From: a virus
Lineage: Duplodnaviria > Caudoviricetes
DNA: 64,000 nucleotides
Virus record (IMG/VR): IMGVR_UViG_3300029998_000597
Strand: one strand, 5' to 3'
The notes beneath the pieces were generated by a model that had not been told where the DNA came from, ran no database searches, and saw only the letters and a list, made by a program, of their open reading frames with translations. A program made the position numbers and the translations under genes. Below, one piece after another: positions 9,592 to 19,200 of this stretch. The stretch's first letter is position 1. Every line of letters begins with the position of its first letter.

Positions 9592-9622
9592 CAAATGTAC
9601 GAATAATATTTAAGAAAAACAA
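9592..9622 (-). promoter_or_regulatory. Bacteroidota-type sigma70 promoter (TTG-N20-TACATTTG)
   Basis: Reverse complement reads gTTGtttttcttaaatattattcgTACATTTGtat, 11 nt before the ATG at 9580. Matches the established -33 TTG / -7 TAnnTTTG consensus. Confidence 0.85.
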
Positions 9623-9667
9623 CTTTATTTTAATTTATTTTATTAAAAAAATAAAAAACACTATATT

Positions 9668-9675
9668 TATTTATA
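9668..9675 (+). promoter_or_regulatory. Putative late promoter TATTTATA
   Basis: 13 nt upstream of the ATG at 9689. Confidence 0.5.
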
Positions 9676-9688
9676 TAAAATTAATATT

Positions 9689-9946
9689 ATGGATACAATA
9701 AAATTAAAACAGTGGTTTAAAATTAGTTTTACATTAGATTTTACTAGTAGTAAACTTTTAGCTTATATTATTGTAGGGCTTGGCACCTGGGTCTCATTAG
9801 CTTTAAAATCTGAAGCGCCTTTTACTATTTCTGTTTTGGCTGGTACCGCTTTATTCGGCGTTAAAATGTACACAGATAATAAAGTTAATAAGCTTGGTGA
9901 TAAGATTATTGAAAATGTTGAAAATAAAATTGAAAATACAATATAA
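9689..9946 (+). CDS. Small two-TM membrane protein (holin-like topology)
   Basis: Hydrophobic KLLAYIIVGLGTWVSLAL and PFTISVLAGTALFGV, with a charged C-terminal tail. Confidence 0.65.
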   Translation: MDTIKLKQWFKISFTLDFTSSKLLAYIIVGLGTWVSLALKSEAPFTISVLAGTALFGVKMYTDNKVNKLGDKIIENVENKIENTI

Positions 9947-9984
9947 TATTTTAAAGATAATTACCAAAAAAATAAAAATATCTG

Positions 9985-9992
9985 TATTTATA
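9985..9992 (+). promoter_or_regulatory. Putative late promoter TATTTATA
   Basis: Intergenic, upstream of the 10021 ORF and the tail tube gene. Confidence 0.5.
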
Positions 9993-10020
9993 TTTAAATA
10001 AGAAATTTATATACTATCCA

Positions 10021-10377
10021 ATGACTAATAACGAAGAACAAGATATTCGCGAAATATTAAATGAAATAAGAACTACATTTGATAAATCAAAGATTTTAGC
10101 TGAAGCATTTACATTTCCTACAGATACCCACGAAAAACCATCTGAGGTACTTAAAATAAATACCGATTTGCGTCCTGAAATGAAACCAGAGGGTATTAAT
10201 AAACCTATTGATTCTATAATTGATAAAATAAATATAATTAGAAAATCAGCAATTTCAATTATGGGTGAAATCGACCCATCTGAAAAGGCTGATGATTATA
10301 AATCAATAAGAACAATTTTAGATGCTTGTGATAAACTAATTACGCCTAAAGCTGAAAAATCAGAATTAAATAACTAA
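10021..10377 (+). CDS. Hypothetical late protein
   Basis: 118-aa ORF with ILNE/ILAE motifs and a C-terminal helical hairpin. Confidence 0.7.
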   Translation: MTNNEEQDIREILNEIRTTFDKSKILAEAFTFPTDTHEKPSEVLKINTDLRPEMKPEGINKPIDSIIDKINIIRKSAISIMGEIDPSEKADDYKSIRTILDACDKLITPKAEKSELNN

Positions 10378-10393
10378 TTTAAAAAATAAAAAT

Positions 10394-10882
10394 ATGTCAG
10401 AATTATTAAACCAAATCCCTCTCAAATTTGAACCGTTGAAAAATAATAGATTCATTGTTAAATTTCCATCTGATATGGGTATTCAATCTTGGTTTGTTTC
10501 TTCTTCTGGTATGCCATCTATTAATCAAAATTCTGTCGAAATTCCTTGGATGAATACATCTACTTATGTATTGGGTCGTTATACTTGGGAAAAAATAGAT
10601 GTTACTTTTAGAAATTTAATAGGTCCATCAACAGCACAAGCTATAATGGAATGGGTTAGATTAGAATCAGAAGAAGTAACTGGAAGGCAGGGTTACGCTG
10701 CTGGATATAAACGCGATGTTTCAATTGAATTATTAGACCCAACAGGGGTTTCGGTTCAAAAGTGGATATTAAAAAATGCATTTCCAACTACCGTATCTTT
10801 TGGGTCATTAAAGTATGATGATGATGCAATTAATGAGATAACTTGTAGTTTAGCGTATGATTATGGAATTTTGGTTTTTTAA
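10394..10882 (+). CDS. Tail tube protein (T4 gp19-like)
   Basis: FEPLKNNRFIVKFP, GRYTWEKIDVTF, YKRDVSIELLDPTG, WILKNAFPT and ITCSLAYD tube motifs. Confidence 0.92.
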   Translation: MSELLNQIPLKFEPLKNNRFIVKFPSDMGIQSWFVSSSGMPSINQNSVEIPWMNTSTYVLGRYTWEKIDVTFRNLIGPSTAQAIMEWVRLESEEVTGRQGYAAGYKRDVSIELLDPTGVSVQKWILKNAFPTTVSFGSLKYDDDAINEITCSLAYDYGILVF

Positions 10883-10920
10883 AAATTAAATACAATTTCT
10901 TTATATATTCTTTTTTTTTA

Positions 10921-10959
10921 TTTGGTTTGATATATTAATATGTCAAACCAAATTTTTTT
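10921..10959 (+). terminator. Intrinsic terminator after the tail tube gene
   Basis: Stem tttggtttgatata / tatgtcaaaccaaa, loop ttaa, followed by T7. Confidence 0.8.
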
Positions 10960-11001
10960 GCTTAAATGAATAAAAAAATAATTATAATATATTTATAATA
11001 A

Positions 11002-11484
11002 ATGAAACAACCTATTAATAACAATACAGGTATTAAACCTAAAAAAAAGAAAGAGGTTAAAGAATATAAATGTGGCTATGGAACATCTAAGCTTGAAATA
11101 TATTTTAAAGAAAATTTTTTAGATAAATTGGAAATTGAATATGAATATCAAAAGGAATTCAAATCATTAAAACGTGTTTGGGATTTTTATTTACCTAAAT
11201 GCTTGATACTCATTGAAATAGATGGGGATTATTATCATAATAATCCTGAAACAAATAAAAAACCACCAAATAGAATGCAAAATAAAAATAAACGTTCTGA
11301 TGAAGCCAAAAATAGGTGGGCGGCTATAAATGGAATAGTTTTAATAAGAATATGGGAAAATGATATTCATAAAAAACCAGAAATGGTTATGGAGATGCTG
11401 CGAAAAAGAACTGGTGCCGAAAAAGAAAAACAAATTATTATTGAGAAAAAGAAAACTGGTGAATTTTACCATAATAAAACCTAA
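11002..11484 (+). CDS. Vsr/DUF559-like PD-(D/E)XK endonuclease
   Basis: EYQKEF...WDFYLP...LIEIDGDYYH...DEAKNRWAAINGIVLIRIWENDI matches the Vsr/DUF559 pattern. Confidence 0.8.
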   Translation: MKQPINNNTGIKPKKKKEVKEYKCGYGTSKLEIYFKENFLDKLEIEYEYQKEFKSLKRVWDFYLPKCLILIEIDGDYYHNNPETNKKPPNRMQNKNKRSDEAKNRWAAINGIVLIRIWENDIHKKPEMVMEMLRKRTGAEKEKQIIIEKKKTGEFYHNKT

Positions 11485-11543
11485 CCAATTATTTAAACAT
11501 AAAATAATTAAGCTAAAATATTTAATATAATAACTAATATCTA

Positions 11544-12692
11544 ATGATGACAAAAGAAGAAAAAATGCGTGAGTCCGAAAGTGAATTTTTAAATGAAGCT
11601 TTACGTGAGGCGATAGAAAAAAATAGCCAGGGTGTAAATGCGTTGGAAAAAATAACACCTAAAATATCAAACCAACAAAAACTGTCCCCAAAAATAGTTG
11701 AAGATTATATTGAAGATGATTATATACCAGAGGTTAGTAATTATGAAAATGAAGAATTTGAAGGTGAAGAATCATATGATGTGGCTTACGATAAAATTAA
11801 ATTACCAAGTAATGGATTAATCTATGGTAAAAACTTTAAAAATTCTAAGATAGCTGTTAGTTATTTAACTGGATCAGATGAAGATATTATATCTAATCCT
11901 GGTATTTATACGGAAACAATTAATGGTGAGAGTCAATTATTCGATGTTTTATTACGCCGAAAAATTTTAGATAAAAATATTAGGCCAGAGTTACTTTGTA
12001 ATGCTGATAGGGATGCTATAATTGTATGGCTTCGATCTACTAGTTATGGTAATTATCCAATTTCAACTGTTGATCCAGATACTGGTGAACGTTTTGATAC
12101 GGAAATTGATTTAAGTCAGATTAAACCAAAAGAATTTACTCTTACACCAAACGAAAATGGTTATTTCCAATTTGTGTTACCACAGTCAAATGATGTAATT
12201 GAATTTAGATTTCTGGTACATAAAGATGAACTTGATTATAATAAGTTATTACAAAAATCCAACAAAAAATTAAAAAAACACGCATTAAATAGTGCTAAGG
12301 ATTTATTAATTGAAATTATAGGTGAAGATACATCTATTGATAAATTATCAAAAACAAAATTAGATAACGCATTAAAACTTGTCGATGAATACGTTGGTTC
12401 TATAGAGGATACAGATGATTATTTAAATGCAAAGGGTATTACGTTTAGACTTGAAAAATCAGTTATTTCAATAAATGGTGAAAAAAATAGAAATTATATT
12501 CATAATTATATTAAAAACATACGTGTATATGATTCGTTGGCATTAAGAAGGTTTATAACAGATAATATACCTTCTTTGAATTATCAAATAACCATTACCC
12601 GACCTGAAACAACAAATTCGAGTCTTGGAGGTGGCTCTGAATTTACTACGTTTCTTACGCTCGACGAAACTATTTTTCTCAATTACAAGTGA
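11544..12692 (+). CDS. Baseplate hub/tail assembly chaperone (T4 gp26-like)
   Basis: IKLPSNG..Y...SYLTGSDEDII...LLCNADRDAIIVWLRSTSYG, LPQSNDVIEFRFL and IRVYDSLALRRFI. Lies between tube and tape measure. Confidence 0.75.
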   Translation: MMTKEEKMRESESEFLNEALREAIEKNSQGVNALEKITPKISNQQKLSPKIVEDYIEDDYIPEVSNYENEEFEGEESYDVAYDKIKLPSNGLIYGKNFKNSKIAVSYLTGSDEDIISNPGIYTETINGESQLFDVLLRRKILDKNIRPELLCNADRDAIIVWLRSTSYGNYPISTVDPDTGERFDTEIDLSQIKPKEFTLTPNENGYFQFVLPQSNDVIEFRFLVHKDELDYNKLLQKSNKKLKKHALNSAKDLLIEIIGEDTSIDKLSKTKLDNALKLVDEYVGSIEDTDDYLNAKGITFRLEKSVISINGEKNRNYIHNYIKNIRVYDSLALRRFITDNIPSLNYQITITRPETTNSSLGGGSEFTTFLTLDETIFLNYK

Positions 12693-12876
12693 TTTTAAAG
12701 GAAAATTATGGGATGAGTTTTGGGGGTGTCAGGCATATATTGGTCTTGATATGCCTTTAATAAAAAGTATGCCAGTTTATGAACGTAAATACCAAATAGC
12801 AAGGCATAATGATAAAACAAAAACAGATGCTGAGGAACGAGAATCCGCAATAAGAAATAGGAAGAATAAAAAATAA
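12670..12876 (+). CDS. gp51-like chaperone C-terminal segment, likely reached by frameshift from the gp26-like ORF
   Basis: IKSMPVYERKYQI resembles the T4-like gp51 motif (ENMIPWERDIY). The frame overlaps the 3' end of the previous ORF and has no A-rich ATG context. Confidence 0.6.
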   Translation, partial: LFFSITSDFKGKLWDEFWGCQAYIGLDMPLIKSMPVYERKYQIARHNDKTKTDAEERESAIRNRKNKK

Positions 12877-12915
12877 TAAAACGGTAGGACTAATTAAACT
12901 GTTCTACCGTTTTAT
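12876..12915. terminator. Bidirectional terminator between convergent genes
   Basis: Stem ataaaacggtaggac / gttctaccgttttat with a 10-nt loop. Confidence 0.8.
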
Positions 12916-12917
12916 CG

Positions 12918-13076
12918 TTATGCTATCCACGCAAATAGGAAGAATATCCCAACTATTATAGCTATTCCAATAATTCTAGCAAAAAACCAAAGTAAAGTAA
13001 CACCCCACCAATCATTTGAATCGTAAATTTCCTGTGTTCCCTTGACTGGCTCGTGTATCCAATATCTCTTTTCCAT
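12918..13076 (-). CDS. Small single-TM membrane protein, 52 aa, not in the ORF track
   Basis: Manual translation MEKRYWIHEPVKGTQEIYDSNDWWGVTLLWFFARIIGIAIIVGIFFLFAWIA*. Has its own promoter and terminator. Confidence 0.7.
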   Translation of the reverse strand: MEKRYWIHEPVKGTQEIYDSNDWWGVTLLWFFARIIGIAIIVGIFFLFAWIA

Positions 13077-13119
13077 AATAATTTAATTTAAATTGTTTTA
13101 ATTCTGTGTTAGTGAAATA

Positions 13120-13150
13120 CAAAAATAAAACAATGTTTTCAAATAAACAA
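13120..13150 (-). promoter_or_regulatory. Bacteroidota-type promoter (TTG-N20-TATTTTTG)
   Basis: Reverse complement TTGtttatttgaaaacattgtttTATTTTTG, with the same spacing as the other seven copies. Confidence 0.65.
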
Positions 13151-13189
13151 ATAATTTAAGTATTCTTAAATCAAATTTTTAAAACCATA

Positions 13190-13197
13190 TATTTATA
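13190..13197 (+). promoter_or_regulatory. Putative late promoter TATTTATA upstream of the tape measure gene
   Basis: 16 nt before the ATG at 13214. Confidence 0.55.
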
Positions 13198-13213
13198 CTA
13201 AACAACTTTTAAT

Positions 13214-15700
13214 ATGGCAGATCCAGCATTAACCCAAAGAGATATAAATAAATTAATCGATACACTTGATAAGATTAACAATACATTAGGTAAAGTTAAT
13301 TCTAATAGTGGTAAAGGGGGTACTGCACCTAAATCAGAAGTTAATTCTGAGCAACTAATGAGTAAAATGCTCACAAAAAAACTAAAAGATAACAAGGCTT
13401 ATTTAGATATTATATCAAAAATAGAAAAAATTTCTCAATCAAATTTAAAATTGGGATCTGAAAACGAAAAATTAGATAAACAAAAATTAATTTATATTAA
13501 AAAGCAAGAGGAGTTAGAAAAGCTTCGTAATGCCAATACTACGTCTATGAAAAAAGCACAAGAAGTGGCTCATAGAAAAATGTTAAAAACTGCTTCGGAT
13601 GATTATAAAAGAGAAGCCGATAAATATAAATTATTAGAAAAAGAAATAAAATTAGAAGAAGAAAAAGCACGAATAATTAAAGATGCTGGTATAGACGAAT
13701 CAAAAGCTATAAAAAAAGAAGAGGATAGAGAAACAAGTAGACGAAAAAGAAAAGAAGCTTTCGATAATACAACAAAAGCTACAGAAAAATATTTATTAAA
13801 ACAAGCTGGTGCTGCGTTGAATATAATGTTAGATGCTGATAGTGCAATTAGTAAAATGTCAGCTAATTATGGACTTTCTAAAAATGAATCTGGTGAATTA
13901 AAGAAAAATATTGGTGAAATTGCTTGGAAAACACAATTAATTGGTATTGGTACGGCTGATTTAGTTAAAATGCAAACATCCTATACTGATCAGATGGGTA
14001 GATCTGTTATGTTAGGTAAAGAAAATTTAGTATCAATGGCTGATACATCCGTGGCTTTAGGTTTAGGGGTGGAAGCGACTGGTCAAATGGCAGCAGATAT
14101 GAACCTATTTGGTTCTGGTGTTGCTGATAGTATGGAAACACTTCACCAATTATCGGATTTATCAAAACAATCTGGTGTTTCATCAACAATTGCAGCTAAA
14201 AAATTTGAAGGGAATTTAAAGCTTGCAAATACTTATAATTTTAAGAATGGTATTGATGGTGTAAAGGAAATGTCTGTTTACGCTACAAAGATGGGTATTA
14301 AAATGGAATCGGTAGCTTCGTTTGCTGATAAAATTTCATCTCCAGAAGGAGCTTTACAGACAGCAGCTTCACTACAAGTTCTTGGTGGTGGATTCGCATC
14401 TATGGCAGATCCAATGAAATTAATGAATCAGGGTATAACTGATATGGAAGGCTTAACACAAACATACTCAAAAATGTTAGATGGTGTTATTTCTATTGAT
14501 AAAACTACTGGTAAATTAAATGAAAATGGGTATGAAAAAATACGTATAAAAGCGGCTGCTGAAGCTGCTGGTATTTCTTTTGATGACATGATGACAGCTG
14601 CAAGAACAAAGGCTCAACGAACAGCAATAACACATGATGTTTCTTTAAATACAAATATTAAAACAGACGAACAAAAAGATTTATTAACTTCTCTCGCTAC
14701 ATTTGATAATAAAAATGGTGGCTATACTGTAAATGTCAATGGAACTCAAAAATCAATTACTAAATTAGACGCAAAAGATTTACAATCAATAAAACCCGAT
14801 AAAGTTCAAATACGAGATATAGCAGAAAATACATTAGGAATAAAAGAAATATTAGATAATGGACTAAAAGCTCTTTTAACTGCTATTGTTGGTCCATTAT
14901 TAACTGCGGTTAATACTGTTGCTAAATATATATTACAAGCATTTCATTTTTTAATGCCAACCGTTGAAAATGGGGCTAAAGGTATTTCAAATGTAGCGAA
15001 TTCCTCAATGGGAGGAAAAGTTCTTGGTGATATTGGACAGGTTGGTGGAAAAGTGATGGCAACAAATGGGCTAAAAAGTTTAACTAAGGCTGGTTTAGGA
15101 ATGGGATTGAGAGCTATTCCATACGTTGGAGGTGCTATTGATGCTGGTTTTGCGGTTAATGACCTGATACACGGTAATTATCGTAGTGCTGGTATGAATG
15201 CTGCAGCTGCAGGTGCTAATTTTATCCCAGGTGTTGGTCCTGCTATTGGGTTAGGAATAAATGCAGCAAATGCTGGTATGGATATTTATGGTGCAACTCA
15301 CCCTGATTCAGCACAAGATTTATTAATACCTTCTGGTGGTGGAAGACCTATAAAATTAAATACTAAAGATGATGTATATGCTATGAAACCTGGCGGTGCT
15401 ATTGAACAGTCTATAATGCCTCGTAATGATAGTTCTCATATTTTTAGTGGAGTTTCCCCATCTCATAATAATAATTCCAACAGTGGGGCTTATAATAATG
15501 GAAATGGAAATCATAAAGTTGATATTGGTGGTGCAATTACTTTAAATATGTCTGGTGGTGCATCAGCTAAAATAGATGTAAATGAATTAATGAAAAATCC
15601 TGCTTTTTTAAGGGGGTTGGCAAGAAAGATAGGACAAAGTCTTAATAAAGATGAAAATGGTGGTGGCTATAATGGATCATTTGGACCAGACTCATATTAA
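13214..15700 (+). CDS. Tail tape measure protein
   Basis: 828 aa with a K/E-rich coiled N-terminus, an Ala/Gly/Met-rich helical core and a Gly/Ala hydrophobic C-terminal segment. Downstream of the tail chaperones. Confidence 0.85.
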   Translation: MADPALTQRDINKLIDTLDKINNTLGKVNSNSGKGGTAPKSEVNSEQLMSKMLTKKLKDNKAYLDIISKIEKISQSNLKLGSENEKLDKQKLIYIKKQEELEKLRNANTTSMKKAQEVAHRKMLKTASDDYKREADKYKLLEKEIKLEEEKARIIKDAGIDESKAIKKEEDRETSRRKRKEAFDNTTKATEKYLLKQAGAALNIMLDADSAISKMSANYGLSKNESGELKKNIGEIAWKTQLIGIGTADLVKMQTSYTDQMGRSVMLGKENLVSMADTSVALGLGVEATGQMAADMNLFGSGVADSMETLHQLSDLSKQSGVSSTIAAKKFEGNLKLANTYNFKNGIDGVKEMSVYATKMGIKMESVASFADKISSPEGALQTAASLQVLGGGFASMADPMKLMNQGITDMEGLTQTYSKMLDGVISIDKTTGKLNENGYEKIRIKAAAEAAGISFDDMMTAARTKAQRTAITHDVSLNTNIKTDEQKDLLTSLATFDNKNGGYTVNVNGTQKSITKLDAKDLQSIKPDKVQIRDIAENTLGIKEILDNGLKALLTAIVGPLLTAVNTVAKYILQAFHFLMPTVENGAKGISNVANSSMGGKVLGDIGQVGGKVMATNGLKSLTKAGLGMGLRAIPYVGGAIDAGFAVNDLIHGNYRSAGMNAAAAGANFIPGVGPAIGLGINAANAGMDIYGATHPDSAQDLLIPSGGGRPIKLNTKDDVYAMKPGGAIEQSIMPRNDSSHIFSGVSPSHNNNSNSGAYNNGNGNHKVDIGGAITLNMSGGASAKIDVNELMKNPAFLRGLARKIGQSLNKDENGGGYNGSFGPDSY

Positions 15701-16217
15701 ATTGTTCAATAAATTAAGGTGTTCATTGGCAATGAACATTTAACTATATTGAACAAAATATTTATCCAAAATAAGTTGTTTATTTAAAATATTATTAGTA
15801 GAATCGCGCGCGCCTGTTCCGTAATGTAAAATCTTAAGAACATATGTTTAAACATTTTTCATTTAAACGATTGATAAAAATAAAATTTTAAAAAGAAAAA
15901 CAAATTTTTCTAACATATGTTTTAAACAATTGTTTAAACATATTTTAAAAAATATGTTAGAAAATAAAATTTTAAAAGAAAAACATTTGTTTAAAACATA
16001 CGTTATGAAAATATGTTAGAATTTTTTGAAAATGTTTAAATAGTAAAAATATTAAAAATTACAATAGTTAAAAACGTTTGGCTTTCAGCCTTATTTCCAT
16101 TCGTTTATTTTTTTTAAATTTTTATTGTTGTTTTTACAAATGTTATTCAAATTCCAACAAAAAAATTATTTCAAGGTATTTATCATCAAAGGAATATTTT
16201 AATTAAATAAAATCAAT
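15701..16217. repeat. Non-coding block with nested palindromes and direct repeats (origin- or operator-like)
   Basis: Hairpin 15702-15756. CGCGCGCG island near 15805. AACATATGTT at 15839 and 15912. TGTTTAAACA at 15845 and 15931. 18-bp palindrome at 15921-15938. 13-bp inverted repeat 15906-15918 / 15952-15964. Direct repeat aaaataaaattttaaaa at 15877 and 15961. Confidence 0.7.
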
Positions 16218-19200
16218 ATGTTAGGTAAAGATATCAATAGCGTTTCACCAAAATTAAGAGATAATTTACTTATGCAGACAATAGGTAAATATCCAATGGT
16301 TACAGTTCCATTAATTAATCCAATAGGTACATCTGTTGATATATATAATTCTGTTCCTATATTAAAAAGCTATATTGCTCCTGATGGATTATTAACACAT
16401 ACCAACAATACAATCAACAATGATTTTTATTCTGAATATAGAAATTTAGATTCTAATGTAGTTGAATATATAAAAACAAAAAACATATATACCAAGGATA
16501 ATACTTATTTAGATAAAACATCGAAAAGCATTGCTCAACAATCAGCCAATGCAGTTTTAGGATATTTATTTGGGGATACTGTAGGAGTAAGTATTACTGG
16601 AAATAATACTTTTAATATAAGTTCAAGCTATGAGATAGGTAATACATTAGCGGGAATGGCCGCAGGTGTTGCATTAGGCACAGAAAGCAAATTAGGCACC
16701 ATAGCTCTACGTTCTCTTGGTTTGACATTAGCTAATTCAGTTCTCAATAAAACACGTCAAAATGAGGATTTATTTGGTTGGATAAAACAACCGTTGAGTT
16801 ATTTAGATGCGGTTGATAAGTTGGATACTGAAAAGTTGAATTTATCAAGTGGATTATCAAATATAATTGGTGGATACTTTCCAATATATCTTTATTCTGA
16901 AATAAAAAAAGATGGTGGTGATGATTTTAATATTTATAAAAATGATTATACTTGGACTAATTTTTCAAGTGGAAAATATGCTTTTAATATAAATCATCCA
17001 GGATCGATAATTGATACGAGTAATATTATCACAAATAAGCAGTCTCTATTATATAAAACCCAACAAATGTTTATTAGTGGAAAGATAAAAACACTTGTTA
17101 CTGATTATGAAAGAAATGATGGTGAAATTGGTACAATTACTAAAGGTAGAGCATTAAAAAATAAAGATGGCATTAATTATAGTAGAATTTGGACTGCAAA
17201 TAACCAATATAATAATATAAAAAATTTAATAAGACCTTTTAATTCCGATACTGAAAATACACAAATATTAGAAAAAGATTTAAAACGTGTAAGGCCAGGG
17301 GCTAACGCATTAAAAACTTTTGGTGTTTTACAAGATGATGGATTTGTTAAAATATCACCTTATAAGGATTTCAATTCAAAGACAGACGTCCATAAATATA
17401 TGTTATCTATTGAAAATTTAGCTTGGAAACAAAAGTCAGGATTTTTAGATACATTGATTCAAGGTAGTTCACAGGATGGTCCTAATGGTGGTAGAATTAT
17501 GTGGTTTCCACCTTATGATATTAAATTCACGGATCAATCAAGTACATCGTGGAATTCTGATAACTTTATTGGTAGAGGAGAGCCAGTATATACATATTTA
17601 AACAATGAAAGAAGTGGAACTCTTAGTTTTAAATTAATTGTTGACCATCCAAGTATTCTTAATTACTATAAACAAAAAGACCCAAGCGGTATTAATATTA
17701 AAGATGATGATTATCTTAGATTTATTGCTGGTGTAGATGTTATTGATTTAGAAAATGATATAAAGGTAGAAAATACAACACCAATACCTGTAACTCCAGT
17801 AAAAGAAACAAAAACAAATACATTTACTTTTAAAATATATTTCCCAAATAATTTTAGTGGTATTGATTACACAGATCCACGAGATGTTATGAATTATTTA
17901 TATAGTGGAAATGGGTGTAATTGGTCGGGTGGAAATGGATATGAAATTTTCACTGGTGATTGGTATGGGTTAAGTTCAGAAACTGAGTCACCTTGCCAGA
18001 ATAATAAATATTATTATAAAGTTGACTCGGCATATGAAAATCAAGGTTTAACACCATTAACAAATTATAAAGATATTAATGCTAATGGTTTGAATTCTAA
18101 AAAAAATGAAAATGAAACATATTCGTTTTATGATTTAATTACTACGTTTGGTAATATTGATGCAAATAATAATAGTGCTGATCAATCAATTTTAGATGTA
18201 TTAAAGACAATTACTAAAATTGAAATAAATGGTTATGCAAGTAATCAAGGAAGTAGTAGTCAAAACGTTGAATTATCAAAAAATAGAGGTAAGGTGGTTG
18301 AAAATTGGTTAAAAAAATATATTAATTTATATAATCCGAATATAAAAAAGGAAAATATAACATCTAAGGGTGTATTTAAAACAGTAAAAACAACTAATAA
18401 AGATACTAATTCATTAGAAATGAAAAAAGAAAGAGTTGTTTTGGTTAGATTAACAACGAGTTCAGAAACAGTTTTTAATGCACCAGATAAAACATCATAT
18501 TCATCAATAAAAGATATTATTTCAGCTAAACCCCAATCATCAACGACCACTCGTAAAAAGGTGGATATGTACGGATATTCAGCCAGCAATCCTTCTAATG
18601 GTAGTAATTCAAAATTATATAATGATGAAGCTCAATTTTTTGAAAAATTAGGTGGTGATAAGGGTGGAACTGGTGATTTTATATTAAATAAATTTAGTGA
18701 AAAAATTAAATATTTTAGTCCAGCGTTTCATAGTACTACACCTGAGGGTTTTAATTCGAGATTAACGTTTCTACAACAATGTATGAAACAAGGTAATACT
18801 GATACTAATAATAATACTACATTAGGTGCTAATTTAGCATTTGGTAGACCGCCTATTTGTGTTCTTAGAATTGGTGATTTTTATAATACAAAGGTTATTT
18901 TTGATAATTTAAATATTGATTTCGAGCCTCTTGTTTGGGATTTAAATGTAGAAGGAATAGGTGTTCAACCAATGTTAGCAAACGTTAATTTATCATTTAA
19001 ATTTATTGGTGGTTCAGATTTAACAGGCCCAATTGCAAGATTACAAAATGCAATTACATTTAATTTCTTTGCGAATACTGGTGTTTACGATGATAGGAAT
19101 GATAGATTTATAACAGATGAACAAACTGGACAGTCAACAAATAATTATTACCCATTATATAATCCAGGTGTTTATGATGATCAAAATCTAAATACAGCCC

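Noticed and set aside
15776-15806. TTG-N20-TA promoter-like spacing at the start of the non-coding block
   Set aside because: The -7 element reads TAGAATCG rather than TAnnTTTG, so it was not called a promoter.
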